A DNA stretch of 61,232 nt, from the NCBI GenBank assembly GCA_045531145.1, contig JAZSDM010000007.1, positions 1 through 61,232 on the forward strand, written 5' to 3'. Origin of the DNA: Acutalibacteraceae bacterium. GTDB taxonomy: Bacteria; Bacillota; Clostridia; Oscillospirales; Acutalibacteraceae. The notes below the pieces were generated by a model. The model was given only the letters and a program-made list of their open reading frames with translations, ran no database searches and was not told the origin of the DNA. This document shows, one piece after another, positions 19,454-28,911 of this stretch; positions within the stretch are counted from its first letter, which is position 1; every line of letters starts with the position of its first letter. The translations under genes and the position numbers were made by a program.

Positions 19454-22081
19454 TTAATGCTTGTGTTTGATAAGTCCTATTGCTTTTGAAAATTCCATAA
19501 CAACAAACGGGACAAGAATTAAACCTAATGCTACAAAATATAAACCTAACGGTAGCGCAACTAAATTAAATACAATACGTATTGGGGTGAATAAGACAAT
19601 AAGAACAAGCAATAGAGAAGCAAGTGCTGCTAAGTTAAGTTTACTGTTGGTAAAAATACCGATTTTAAGAAGCGAATGTTCGCTACGCATATTGAAAGCC
19701 TGAACAACCTGTGAAAGTGAAAGAACGGTAAATGCCATTGTCTGCCCTGCTTCAATAGTACCGACAACTGTTTTGCCGTAATAGTAAGCAAACAGTGAAA
19801 GTAAAGCAAACATAATGCCTTGCAAAACTATTCTTACACCGAAACCGTGTGCAAAAATACCTTCGTTTTTGGGTTTTGGATTCTTATCCATAACATCTTT
19901 TTCAACCGCTTCCATACCAAGCGCTATCGCAGGTAAAGAGTCGGTTACAAGGTTAATCCACAAAAGTTGCATTGATAAAAGCGGGGTTTCATGCCATAAA
20001 AGCATAGAGGCAAAAACGGTTATAACTTCGCCTATATTAGTACCAAGCAAGAAACCTACAACCTTTTTAATGTTAGCATAAATGCCTCTGCCTTCGCGAA
20101 CAGCGTCAACTATTGTTGCAAAATTATCGTCGGTGAGTGTCATATCAGCAGCACCCTTAGCAACATCGGTACCAGTAATACCCATTGCACAGCCGATATC
20201 CGCGGCTTTGAGAGCGGGTGCATCGTTAACACCGTCACCCGTCATAGAAACTACCTGTCCCCTTCTTTGCCAAGCCTTCACAATGCGGATTTTGTTTTCG
20301 GGTGAAACACGTGCATAAACAGAAATATTTTGAACTTTACTGTCAAGTTCGCTATCGGTCATAGCATCAAGTTCAGCACCTGTTATTGCTAAATCGCCTT
20401 CAAGAAGTATACCTAATTCCTTAGCAATCGCAGAGGCGGTTACAACGTGGTCACCCGTAATCATAATCGGCTTAATTCCTGCTCTTCTGCAAAGTGCAAC
20501 TGCATCTTTAGCTTCCGGACGAGGCGGGTCAATCATACCTACAAGCCCCATAAATGTAAGACCGTTTTCAAGTTCATCGCTTGTAGGAACTTCGGGTATG
20601 GTATCAATAACTTTATAACCAACTGCTAATACGCGTAACGCGTTTTTGCTCATCTCTTCGGTCATTTGTTTTGCAGTTTCAATATTGCCTGCAATACATC
20701 TAGGCGCCATCATATCAAAAGCGCCTTTTACAATAACAACATTTTTGCCGTCAATATTATTAACGGTTGTCATTAATTTTCGGTCAGAATCAAATGGAAT
20801 TTCGGCAAGACGCGGATATTTATCGTTAATATCGTCTTTAGGCATTCCTGCTTTATGTGCCGCTAAAATAATAGCAGTTTCAGTTGGGTCACCGATGTGC
20901 TGTTCTTTGTCACCTTCAAACACAACAGAACCGTCACAACAAAGAGCGGCATACATCAAAAGTTTATTTATACCGTCATCATTTTCGGGTGAAATATCCT
21001 TAATTTCTTCGCCGTCACAGTAAGCCTTAGTTAAGGTCATACGGTTTTGGGTTAAAGTACCTGTCTTATCGGAACAAATGATTGAAGCGCTACCCAAGGT
21101 TTCAACAGCGGGCAAACGGCGGATAAGTGCGTTTTTCTTAACCATACGCTGAACGCCGATTGAAAGCACGATAGTAACAATTGCTGGCAAACCTTCGGGT
21201 ATTGCGGATACCGCTAACGATACAGATGTCATAAATATTTCAAGTGCGGGAATGTTGTTTAAAAGACCGACAACAAATATTACACCACAAGCCGCAATAG
21301 CAACAAAACCAAGATATTTACCAAGTTGTGCAAGTTTTTGTTGCAAAGGTGTTTGAGTTTCTGTTTCGCTGTCCAAAAGGTTTGCGATTTTGCCCATTTC
21401 GGTGTCCATACCTGTGGCAGTAACAACCGCAAGTGCTGTACCGTAGGTAATTGAACAACCCGAAAATACCATATTTGTTCTGTCACCAATCGGTGCATTT
21501 TCCGCAACAACGCAATCTGCATCCTTTTCACTCGGTACAGATTCGCCCGTAAGCGCAGATTCTTCTGATTTTAAACTTACGCTGTGTAAAAGTCTTGCGT
21601 CTGCAGGAACAAAATCACCTGCTTCAAGTTTAATTATGTCACCGGGGACGAGTTCGCCGGCATCGATAATTTTTTCTTCACCGTTTCGGATTACCCTTGC
21701 GTGCGGAGCAGACATATTTTTAAGTGCATCAAGCGCTTTTTCTGCCTTGCTTTCCTGCATAACACCCATAATCGCGTTTAATACAACAATCAAGAGAATC
21801 AGCAACGGTTCAAAAAATTCTTTTGGGTTACCTTCAATACAAGCGATAACAAATGATACAGCCGCCGCAATAAGCAGAATTATAATCATTACATCTTTAA
21901 ATTGTTCTGCAAAGCGTTGTAGATTAGTTTTTTTCTTTTTTTCCTTTAATTTGTTTTCGCCGTATTTTTTTCTTAATTCTTCGATTTTTTCTGAAGAAAG
22001 ACCGTTCTTTTCATCTGTTGAAAGATTCTGCAAGACCGTTTCCTTCGACTCACTGTGAAATAACAATTTTAATTCCTCCAA
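19454..22081 (-). CDS. P-type (type II, Ca2+/Mn2+-class) cation-transporting ATPase
   Basis: 875 aa; TGES, CSDKTGTLT phosphorylation site, MITGDH, GDGVNDAPALK, about 10 TM helices. Confidence 0.93.
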   Translation of the reverse strand: MEELKLLFHSESKETVLQNLSTDEKNGLSSEKIEELRKKYGENKLKEKKKKTNLQRFAEQFKDVMIIILLIAAAVSFVIACIEGNPKEFFEPLLILLIVVLNAIMGVMQESKAEKALDALKNMSAPHARVIRNGEEKIIDAGELVPGDIIKLEAGDFVPADARLLHSVSLKSEESALTGESVPSEKDADCVVAENAPIGDRTNMVFSGCSITYGTALAVVTATGMDTEMGKIANLLDSETETQTPLQQKLAQLGKYLGFVAIAACGVIFVVGLLNNIPALEIFMTSVSLAVSAIPEGLPAIVTIVLSIGVQRMVKKNALIRRLPAVETLGSASIICSDKTGTLTQNRMTLTKAYCDGEEIKDISPENDDGINKLLMYAALCCDGSVVFEGDKEQHIGDPTETAIILAAHKAGMPKDDINDKYPRLAEIPFDSDRKLMTTVNNIDGKNVVIVKGAFDMMAPRCIAGNIETAKQMTEEMSKNALRVLAVGYKVIDTIPEVPTSDELENGLTFMGLVGMIDPPRPEAKDAVALCRRAGIKPIMITGDHVVTASAIAKELGILLEGDLAITGAELDAMTDSELDSKVQNISVYARVSPENKIRIVKAWQRRGQVVSMTGDGVNDAPALKAADIGCAMGITGTDVAKGAADMTLTDDNFATIVDAVREGRGIYANIKKVVGFLLGTNIGEVITVFASMLLWHETPLLSMQLLWINLVTDSLPAIALGMEAVEKDVMDKNPKPKNEGIFAHGFGVRIVLQGIMFALLSLFAYYYGKTVVGTIEAGQTMAFTVLSLSQVVQAFNMRSEHSLLKIGIFTNSKLNLAALASLLLVLIVLFTPIRIVFNLVALPLGLYFVALGLILVPFVVMEFSKAIGLIKHKH

Positions 22082-22083
22082 AT

Positions 22084-22665
22084 TTAGCCTTGTTTCATAT
22101 CATGAACATCGAATTTTAACTGTTTGTCATTTTCAATGTATTCAAGAACTTTTTGAGCATCGGTTTCATAACCGTAAAGTTTTTTACAATTATCCTTAAT
22201 GAATTTTTGACTAATAGAAAAATCTAAAAATTCTTCAAGTTTTGTGTAATAACCGTTTATATCATATATAACAATCGGTTTTGTGTGACGACCGAGTTGT
22301 TTTAGAGTTAAAACTTCAAAAAATTCTTCAAAAGTACCAATTCCGCCTGGTACAATTATAAAAGCATCGGCTAAATCTTCCATTTTTGTTTTTCTTTGCG
22401 CCATTGTTTCGGTATAAATCAGTTGATCGCATTGGTCGTAAATTGCTTCAATGGTTTCATCTCTGAAAAATGAAGGAATAACACCGTAAATTTTACCGTT
22501 TTGTTTTCTGACACCTCTTGCAGCCGCGCCCATAAGACCGTTACCGCCTGCACCGAAAACAAGTTCGTGTCCACTTTTTGCCATTAGTTCGCCTAAGTTT
22601 TCAACTAAATTAATATAATTTTGGTCAATTTCAAAACTTGCAGCACCAAATACACATATTTTCAT
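22084..22665 (-). CDS. LOG-family (TIGR00730) nucleotide phosphoribohydrolase
   Basis: GGNGLMG and PGGIGTFEEFFE motifs; 193 aa. Confidence 0.85.
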   Translation of the reverse strand: MKICVFGAASFEIDQNYINLVENLGELMAKSGHELVFGAGGNGLMGAAARGVRKQNGKIYGVIPSFFRDETIEAIYDQCDQLIYTETMAQRKTKMEDLADAFIIVPGGIGTFEEFFEVLTLKQLGRHTKPIVIYDINGYYTKLEEFLDFSISQKFIKDNCKKLYGYETDAQKVLEYIENDKQLKFDVHDMKQG

Positions 22666-22686
22666 AAAATTTCTCCTAACTAAAAT

Positions 22687-24291
22687 TTATTTATCCCATT
22701 TATCGCAAAGGGAGATTATTTGGTCAGCAAACTTTGCAATATCTTTGTTTGCGCCTTCGCGATATCGGTCAATAATAGATATAAGCCGTCTTCCTGCAGA
22801 ATGTAAACGTTTGAATGCGGAAGATTCTCTAAATTTAGTGTTATTATTTTGCTTAATTATCTTCTTAGTATTACCAATTTCAAGGCAGATACCCGAAATT
22901 AAGTCAAACTCAGCGCCGTTATATGGCGCAGTTGCATGCAAACCTAACTTACTTTCAATAGTTTGGGCAAAAGCATCGCACACTTCATTATTACCGTGAT
23001 TTACAAAAACGGTTTTTGGCTTTTTATCAAAGCCCGCAAGCCAACCGAGTAACATATCGCGGTCAGCATGACCGCTGATGCCGTCAAGTTGTTCAATATT
23101 TGCATTTACTTTAATTTCTTCACCAAATAGTTTGACGGTTGGTGCGCCTTCTAAAATAATGCGGCCAAGTGTACCTACAGATTGGTAACCAACGAATAAA
23201 ACCGTACTGTCATTCCGCCAGAGATTGTGTTTTAAATGGTGGCGGATTCTTCCCGCTTCACACATTCCGCTGGCAGAAAGGATAACTTTAGGTGTTTTAT
23301 CAAGGTTGATTTTAACTGAATCTTCGCTGGTTAAAGAAAGGCGCAAATTTGAAAATTTAATGGGGTTAATGCCTTGCTTTAATAGTTCTAAAGTTTCATC
23401 GTCAAAATAATCGGTTAAATCACTGCTGTAAATTTCGGTAGCTTCTACCGCTAAAGGACTGTCAACATAAACAGGAAAATCACCGTGACCTACAACCAAA
23501 CCTTTTTCCTTGATTATCCGCAACAGATACAAAAGTTCTTGCGTTCTGCCGATTGCAAAAGACGGGATAACAACATTTCCGCCACGGTCAAAAGTTTCTT
23601 TTAAAATTCTTGTAAGCTGACTTACATAATCAGGTCTTTCACCGTGCAAACGGTCACCGTAGGTTGATTCAATTACAACATAATCGGCATTCTTGGGCTG
23701 TTGTGGGTCACGAATAAGCGGACGGTTGTAGTTACCTAAGTCACCTGAAAATACGATTGTTTCTTTGTTTCCGGCTTCGGTAACTTCAATACTGATACTT
23801 GAAGAGCCTAAAAGGTGCCCCGCATCGATAAATTTAATTTTAACACCCTTGCAAATTTCATATTCTTCATTATAGTCACATGCAACAAACTGCTTTAAAG
23901 TTTTCAAAGCGTCTTGGGCGGTGTAAAGCGGTTGGTACATACCGTCACCCGAACGTTTTGCTTTACGGTTGCGCCATTTTGCTTCAAATTCTTGGATATG
24001 TGCAGAATCAAGCAACATAATTTCACACAGTTTTTGTGTTGCTAAAGTGGAATATATATGCCCTTTAAAGCCCTCGGTTGTAAGGGCGGGAATTTTTCCT
24101 GAATGGTCAATATGCGCGTGTGTAAGTAGCACATAATCTATTTGAGACGGTAAAATCGGCAGGGTTTGATTTTCGTAAATATCAGGACCTTGCTCCATTC
24201 CGCAGTCAACCATAATAGTTTTCCCTGCTGCATAAATAACGGTACAAGAGCCTGTAACTTCGTGCGCAGCACCGTAAAAAGCGATTTTCAT
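22687..24291 (-). CDS. MBL-fold beta-CASP hydrolase with RNA-specificity domain (CPSF-like)
   Basis: HAHIDHSG metallo-beta-lactamase motif and a beta-CASP layout. Start set to the ATG at 24291 (MKIAFYGAAHEVTGS), preceded by AGGAG. Confidence 0.85.
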   Translation of the reverse strand: MKIAFYGAAHEVTGSCTVIYAAGKTIMVDCGMEQGPDIYENQTLPILPSQIDYVLLTHAHIDHSGKIPALTTEGFKGHIYSTLATQKLCEIMLLDSAHIQEFEAKWRNRKAKRSGDGMYQPLYTAQDALKTLKQFVACDYNEEYEICKGVKIKFIDAGHLLGSSSISIEVTEAGNKETIVFSGDLGNYNRPLIRDPQQPKNADYVVIESTYGDRLHGERPDYVSQLTRILKETFDRGGNVVIPSFAIGRTQELLYLLRIIKEKGLVVGHGDFPVYVDSPLAVEATEIYSSDLTDYFDDETLELLKQGINPIKFSNLRLSLTSEDSVKINLDKTPKVILSASGMCEAGRIRHHLKHNLWRNDSTVLFVGYQSVGTLGRIILEGAPTVKLFGEEIKVNANIEQLDGISGHADRDMLLGWLAGFDKKPKTVFVNHGNNEVCDAFAQTIESKLGLHATAPYNGAEFDLISGICLEIGNTKKIIKQNNNTKFRESSAFKRLHSAGRRLISIIDRYREGANKDIAKFADQIISLCDKWDK

Positions 24292-24352
24292 ATATAATCT
24301 CCTTTCAATATATATTATATTGATAAAAGCGGTTTTAAAACTTAATATTTGT

Positions 24353-24530
24353 AAAAAAACAGACCCCAAGTATAACTAAAAGCTATACTTGGGGTAAAAA
24401 TACAATATTCAGACACCATGTATAGCAAAGAGTTACACATGAGTCTCGCAATTTAAAACAAGCCAGACTAAATTGTCATGAATGTTGACTTGTTACGTAA
24501 GGTACGCTTGCTACTCCCTCATTACAAATT
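24353..24530 (-). promoter_or_regulatory. yybP-ykoY (Mn2+) riboswitch with intrinsic terminator
   Basis: Minus strand: P1 AUGAG...CUCAU enclosing GGGAGUAGC, helix AACAAGUC/GGCUUGUU, GUCAACAU and GCGAGAC. Then a 12-bp terminator (24363-24395) plus a U run. Resembles the L. lactis yybP aptamer from memory. Confidence 0.7.
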
Positions 24531-24531
24531 T

Positions 24532-24560
24532 ATTTTACCATAAATTGTTATTAAATTCAA
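24532..24560 (-). promoter_or_regulatory. promoter driving the Mn2+ riboswitch leader
   Basis: Minus strand: TTGAAT (24555-24560), 17 nt, TAAAAT (24532-24537), just after the stop of the upstream gene. Confidence 0.5.
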
Positions 24561-24574
24561 GGGTTTTATTAAAA

Positions 24575-25552
24575 TTATTTAACTGTAGCACGTAAAATAT
24601 GTCCGCCGCCGTAAGCAGTAGCAGTTGTAACATACTGCGGAATTATTGCGGGAGTACCGTCACTGTTGCTACCTATAATTTCAAGATAAAAATCACCGTG
24701 CTTGTGACCTGCAAAAACACCCTTTACAACGTCTGCGTTATTAATTATCAATTCGTAAACAATTTTATTAGCATCTGTCCCCTTATTTCCAAGACGCATT
24801 CCGTTATAAAAGTTTTTGGGGTATGAGCTTTTGTCACCAACTAAAAGCGCCATTTCCATTGTGGTCACTTGGTCTTTTGGGTCGCCTGTGTCAATCGGTT
24901 CGTGAAAGAAAATTAAAATCGGATAGCCATTTTCTCTTGCTGATTTAATATCTTTCTTCAAAGGTTCAATCTGGTTTTCGTAAAATGTTCCTTGGCTGTT
25001 GTTCATAACAACACAAATAACCTTTTCTCCTACAAGTTTTGAAACATAGTGAATATCATGTTTCCAGTAGTTTTGTAGAATTTCGAAGCGGGATTTAAGA
25101 GTCGTGGGGTCCACTACAGGACTTTGCATTTTTCTTGTACATTCGTGACCGCCAAGACTTGCTAAAACGTCGGGGTATTTATCCCAAATCTCTTTTGTCA
25201 TTAATTCCATTGCGCCGTAGGTAAGGTAATCAATTGTATCACCGTTTACAATCATTTGGTCACAGTCGGAAATTGCTTCAAGGCACTTTCGCGCTGTAGG
25301 GACAGATTCACCGCCTGCAAGCCAAATACGATGTTCATAAGAAGACATAACAACGGGGTTTGCTTCGTCAAAATCCTGTTGGTTACAGTAATTAAAGTGT
25401 AAATCACTTACCACACCAACGGTGACTTCTTTACCAATTCCTGCATCAATTTCAACATCACGGACATATATGCCATTTTCCGCCTCATAGATGTGGTGGT
25501 TTTTGTCCTCACTGCTACCAACAATGTCTTTTACGAATCCTAAATTTTTCAT
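24575..25552 (-). CDS. metallophosphoesterase (calcineurin-like)
   Basis: VSDLHFNY, NGDTIDY, GGHE and GHKHGD metal-ligand motifs. Confidence 0.85.
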   Translation of the reverse strand: MKNLGFVKDIVGSSEDKNHHIYEAENGIYVRDVEIDAGIGKEVTVGVVSDLHFNYCNQQDFDEANPVVMSSYEHRIWLAGGESVPTARKCLEAISDCDQMIVNGDTIDYLTYGAMELMTKEIWDKYPDVLASLGGHECTRKMQSPVVDPTTLKSRFEILQNYWKHDIHYVSKLVGEKVICVVMNNSQGTFYENQIEPLKKDIKSARENGYPILIFFHEPIDTGDPKDQVTTMEMALLVGDKSSYPKNFYNGMRLGNKGTDANKIVYELIINNADVVKGVFAGHKHGDFYLEIIGSNSDGTPAIIPQYVTTATAYGGGHILRATVK

Positions 25553-25567
25553 AAAATCACCTGATTA

Positions 25568-26896
25568 TTAATTTCTTTCTATAAATACACCGTTTTCATC
25601 AAACGAAACATCTATTGACAGTTCTTGCATAAATTCAAGAATTCTTTTCTTTTCGTCGCCGTCAACAATTTTTGTATAACAGTCTTTCTGAATAGCAGGT
25701 ACAAATTTATAAGTCGGTGTACCGTCGTTGGCTAAATTTATTTCAAGTATTCCTGTATCAATGGTCTTGTCGTTAAAAATAAAGTTTCCGAGATTATACA
25801 CTATAGGTACATTGTTGTAATACTGTATTCCTTGCAGAACGTGTGCGTGTGCGCCGACCACAATATCCGCACCCGCGTCAATATATTTTGCGCCCATCTC
25901 GTATAAACCGTCTTCAATTTTGTGAGAACCCTCTGCACCCCAATGAACATAAACAATATTATAATCACACTGTTGCTCTGCTGTTTTAATCGTTTCGATA
26001 TACTTTGTAGGGTCATAAGTTCGCATTACACCTGATGAATTTTCCGTTGCTTCGGGTGTTTTAATGTTCTTTTCTGCTCTTGTTGCGGCAGAGAAAGCAA
26101 ATTTACGCCCACCAACAATAAAATAATACGGTTTTGCGGCTTCGTGGATGTTCTCACCGCCGCCAATATATGGCAACGATGCATCTTTAAGAGTTTTTAA
26201 AGTGTCTGCAAAAGCATCTGCGCCAAAATCATAAGCGTGATTATTGGCAAGTGACACAATATCCGCGCCTATTTCATCCAAATAACTTACGTGTTCTGGG
26301 TCAGCGCGGAAGGTATACATTTTACCCGAAAGTGCTGCTCCTCTGTTGCTGAAAGTAAATTCATTATTCAAAAGGAAAATATCGGCATCTTTTAATAAAT
26401 CTACAGTTTTTTCGGATAAAATTCCGTATATACCTTTTTGTCGCTCTTTCAATTTTGGCATAATTTTCCAGTTATCAGCCAACGAAATGTCACCAACAAT
26501 GCGTATGGTAACACCGTCTTTTTCGGTTTCAATAACCTTAATATCGTTGCGGTAATTGGGACTGTTAATATCGAGTACACCTGTATACATATCGTTTAGC
26601 ACAATAGCAGTGTTGCCAGTGAGTTTATGCCAATCTTCATTAGAAAAACTTCCGTTTTTTATATTTTGGTTTAAACTGTTAATAACATCTTTTCCAAAGT
26701 TATCAGCAAGCCAATCTAAAAATTCGGATGAAATTAACTTTGCTGAATAATCATCAAAATTATCGGCGTGCGATAATATTTCCAGCTTAGCTTTATCGAT
26801 ATCATCTGGTTTTACTGAAGTGTTTACACTGGTATTTGTCGAACAACCGACAAGTAAAATCAAACAAAAATACAACGATAAAATTTTATGAAACAA
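25568..26896 (-). CDS. CapA-family (PGA_cap) lipoprotein
   Basis: Lipobox LLVGCS; CapA motifs SLANNHAYDFG and VHWGAEG. Confidence 0.85.
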   Translation of the reverse strand: MFHKILSLYFCLILLVGCSTNTSVNTSVKPDDIDKAKLEILSHADNFDDYSAKLISSEFLDWLADNFGKDVINSLNQNIKNGSFSNEDWHKLTGNTAIVLNDMYTGVLDINSPNYRNDIKVIETEKDGVTIRIVGDISLADNWKIMPKLKERQKGIYGILSEKTVDLLKDADIFLLNNEFTFSNRGAALSGKMYTFRADPEHVSYLDEIGADIVSLANNHAYDFGADAFADTLKTLKDASLPYIGGGENIHEAAKPYYFIVGGRKFAFSAATRAEKNIKTPEATENSSGVMRTYDPTKYIETIKTAEQQCDYNIVYVHWGAEGSHKIEDGLYEMGAKYIDAGADIVVGAHAHVLQGIQYYNNVPIVYNLGNFIFNDKTIDTGILEINLANDGTPTYKFVPAIQKDCYTKIVDGDEKKRILEFMQELSIDVSFDENGVFIERN

Positions 26897-26996
26897 AAAA
26901 TCACCTCTGATTTGTTCGGACTAAATACATTTGATTATAACATAAAGCGCTGATTGATTTTAATGAAAAATCACCAGTTGTGTTGTTTCAATCGCA

Positions 26997-27383
26997 TTAT
27001 CGTTTTTTATAAATTAAAAATTTTCGTACTAAAAAATTATAAATGAACACTATTGCAGTGGCGACAATTTTAGAAGACATTTCGTTAAAGTTGAAAAAGT
27101 CTACAGATACCAACATAATAATAAGATTCATTATCAATCCTACGATACTTGCTATATAAATTCCTATAATTTCTTTTAATACGGATTGTCGGTTATCTTT
27201 AAATACCAAACAACGACCTGCAAACCAATTTACAAAGGTAGATAAAACATAAGCGATTATAGTTGCTAAAGTGTAGTGAACAGATAATTTGTCAAGAATA
27301 AAAAATAATACCCATTCAGTAATTGTTGCAATTCCGCCTACAATTAAATACAAGAACAATTCTTTTATATTACTTCTTTTCAT
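26997..27383 (-). CDS. GtrA-family membrane protein
   Basis: 128 aa, 4 TM helices, GGIATITEW N-terminal signature; overlaps the GT2 gene end. Confidence 0.85.
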   Translation of the reverse strand: MKRSNIKELFLYLIVGGIATITEWVLFFILDKLSVHYTLATIIAYVLSTFVNWFAGRCLVFKDNRQSVLKEIIGIYIASIVGLIMNLIIMLVSVDFFNFNEMSSKIVATAIVFIYNFLVRKFLIYKKR

Positions 27384-28329
27384 AATCTTCTGTTCGCTCG
27401 CTAATTATATATCTCGGACGATTTTTGACTTCCATATATATTTTTCCTATATATTCACCAATAATGCCTATACAAATTAGTTGTATTGAAGAAAGTAAAC
27501 AAATTGAAGCAACTATACTTGCCCATCCAGTTGCCGCAAAGCCCAATAACTTAGCTAAAACTGCCCATCCTAAACCGACAATGCTCACTGCGGACATTAT
27601 TATACCGATTGTAGAGATTAATCTAAGCGGTTTAACCGAAAGACTTGTAATTCCATCAATGGATAGTGCTAACATTTTTCTTAATGGATAATGAGATTCC
27701 CCTGCAAATCTCTCTTTTCGTTCATAAAAAACGGAGCTGGATTTAAAGCCAACCAACGGTATCATACCACGTAAAAATAAATTTACTTCTTTAAAATTAG
27801 CAAATTCACTTAAAACCTTGGCGGAAATTAAGCGATAGTCTGCATGGTTAAATACTACTTCTGCTCCCATAGCATTTAAGAATTTATAAAATCCTTCTGC
27901 AGTTGCTCTTTTAAAAAATGTATCTGTTTTGCGGCTACTTCTAACACCGTACACTACTTCTGAACCGGATAAATATTCTTTTACCATTTGCGTCATAACA
28001 GAAATGTCATCCTGACCATCACAGTCGATAGAAATTGTAATGTCACATTTGTCTTTTGATTCCATAAGTCCTGCCAAAACAGCGTTTTGGTGACCTCGAT
28101 TGCGACTTTGTGTGATACCGATATACGACGCATTTTCAGTTGCTAAGTATTTGATTATATCCCATGTGCTGTCTTTACTACCATCATTCACAAACATAAT
28201 TTTACTTTTGTTTGATATTAAATCTTCTGATTGCATAGATTGAAGCTGCTCCAAAAAAAGAGGGGCAGTAATCGGCAACACCTTTTCTTCGTTATAACAC
28301 GGTATAACTATATATAACGTCGGTTTCAT
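27370..28329 (-). CDS. family 2 glycosyltransferase (GtrB/CsbB-like polyprenyl-phosphate glycosyltransferase)
   Basis: VIPCYNEE, NDGSKD and DCDGQDD motifs plus two C-terminal TM helices. Confidence 0.88.
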   Translation of the reverse strand: MKPTLYIVIPCYNEEKVLPITAPLFLEQLQSMQSEDLISNKSKIMFVNDGSKDSTWDIIKYLATENASYIGITQSRNRGHQNAVLAGLMESKDKCDITISIDCDGQDDISVMTQMVKEYLSGSEVVYGVRSSRKTDTFFKRATAEGFYKFLNAMGAEVVFNHADYRLISAKVLSEFANFKEVNLFLRGMIPLVGFKSSSVFYERKERFAGESHYPLRKMLALSIDGITSLSVKPLRLISTIGIIMSAVSIVGLGWAVLAKLLGFAATGWASIVASICLLSSIQLICIGIIGEYIGKIYMEVKNRPRYIISERTEDYEKK

Positions 28330-28570
28330 TTTTTAATTATCCTTTCAATTGAGCTTTTGATATGAGGAATAGAATCGGACACTAATATACATATGTTTTA
28401 AATGCGAAGATGTGTAATTATATCAGCATTTATTTCGACAATTTATTTCTTAAAAACATCTATATTTCCTTTACGGCGTTCTTTAGTTGTATCGAATGAA
28501 GCAGAAATAAAATAGTCAAAATCAGTAATTTAGTATAAATATATCACAATTAATTTAGAAAAGCAAGATT

Positions 28571-28600
28571 AAAGCACCACGATTAGTATCGTGATGCTTT
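28571..28600 (-). terminator. hairpin terminator behind the displaced spoIVB 3' end
   Basis: Minus strand: AGCATCACGATA-CTAA-TCGTGGTGCT immediately after the fragment stop codon (28602). Confidence 0.6.
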
Positions 28601-28601
28601 T

Positions 28602-28756
28602 CTATGATGCTTTATTTAATTGTTCATTTGCAACACTTTGCGCCGTTTCTAACATATTCTCTGCGAAGATGGCGTAGCCTTTTGTCGGGTCATCAACGAG
28701 AACATGGGTTACAGCGCCGATTAATTTACCGTTTTGGATAATCGGGCTGCCTGACA
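28602..28756 (-). pseudogene. spoIVB: displaced 3' fragment of spoIVB (copy 1; encodes ...[50 protein letters not shown])
   Basis: 28673-28756 is an 84-nt run identical to 37604-37687 of the intact gene. No N-terminal 380 codons. The 28602..28871 track ORF is a fusion with unrelated sequence. Confidence 0.85.
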
Positions 28757-28908
28757 CAAGTGTGTCAATATAGGACCAACATGTTTTTTGAAATTTATAC
28801 TTTACTACTCCCCTTAAACGCAAAGAAACCGCGCTAAATCGGCACGATTTCTTTGTATTATAGGGATTCAATTTTTGATTATACGTGTTATATTAGGACC
28901 AACAAATA
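28752..28908. repeat. conserved island-end module, copy 1
   Basis: Core palindrome TGACACA-AG-TGTGTCA. CAATATAGGACCAACA (to 28781). Hairpin CAAAGAAACCG...CGGCACGATTTCTTTG (28821-28855). GTGTTATATTAGGACCAACAAATA (28885-28908). The same blocks and spacing recur at 34409-34566. Confidence 0.8.
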
Positions 28909-28911
28909 ACG

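Noticed and set aside
24296-24352. Independent promoter for the beta-CASP gene downstream of the riboswitch terminator
   Set aside because: A TATAAT-like hexamer exists but no convincing -35. It cannot be excluded and is noted as a caveat to the riboswitch-operon interpretation.
28821-28855. The conserved hairpin as an IS200/IS605-type subterminal hairpin, or as an IS110 bridge/guide RNA
   Set aside because: There is no TnpA/TnpB or IS110-type gene nearby. Long duplication of the target gene's 3' end is not how those elements insert. It is kept only as part of the end-module finding.
28602-28871. Track ORF of 89 aa (and the analogous 72-aa ORF at 34235..34453) as independent genes
   Set aside because: Only the C-terminal halves match SpoIVB. 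The N-terminal parts are read-through of the island-end module from non-ATG starts with no RBS. They are treated as gene fragments, not functional genes.
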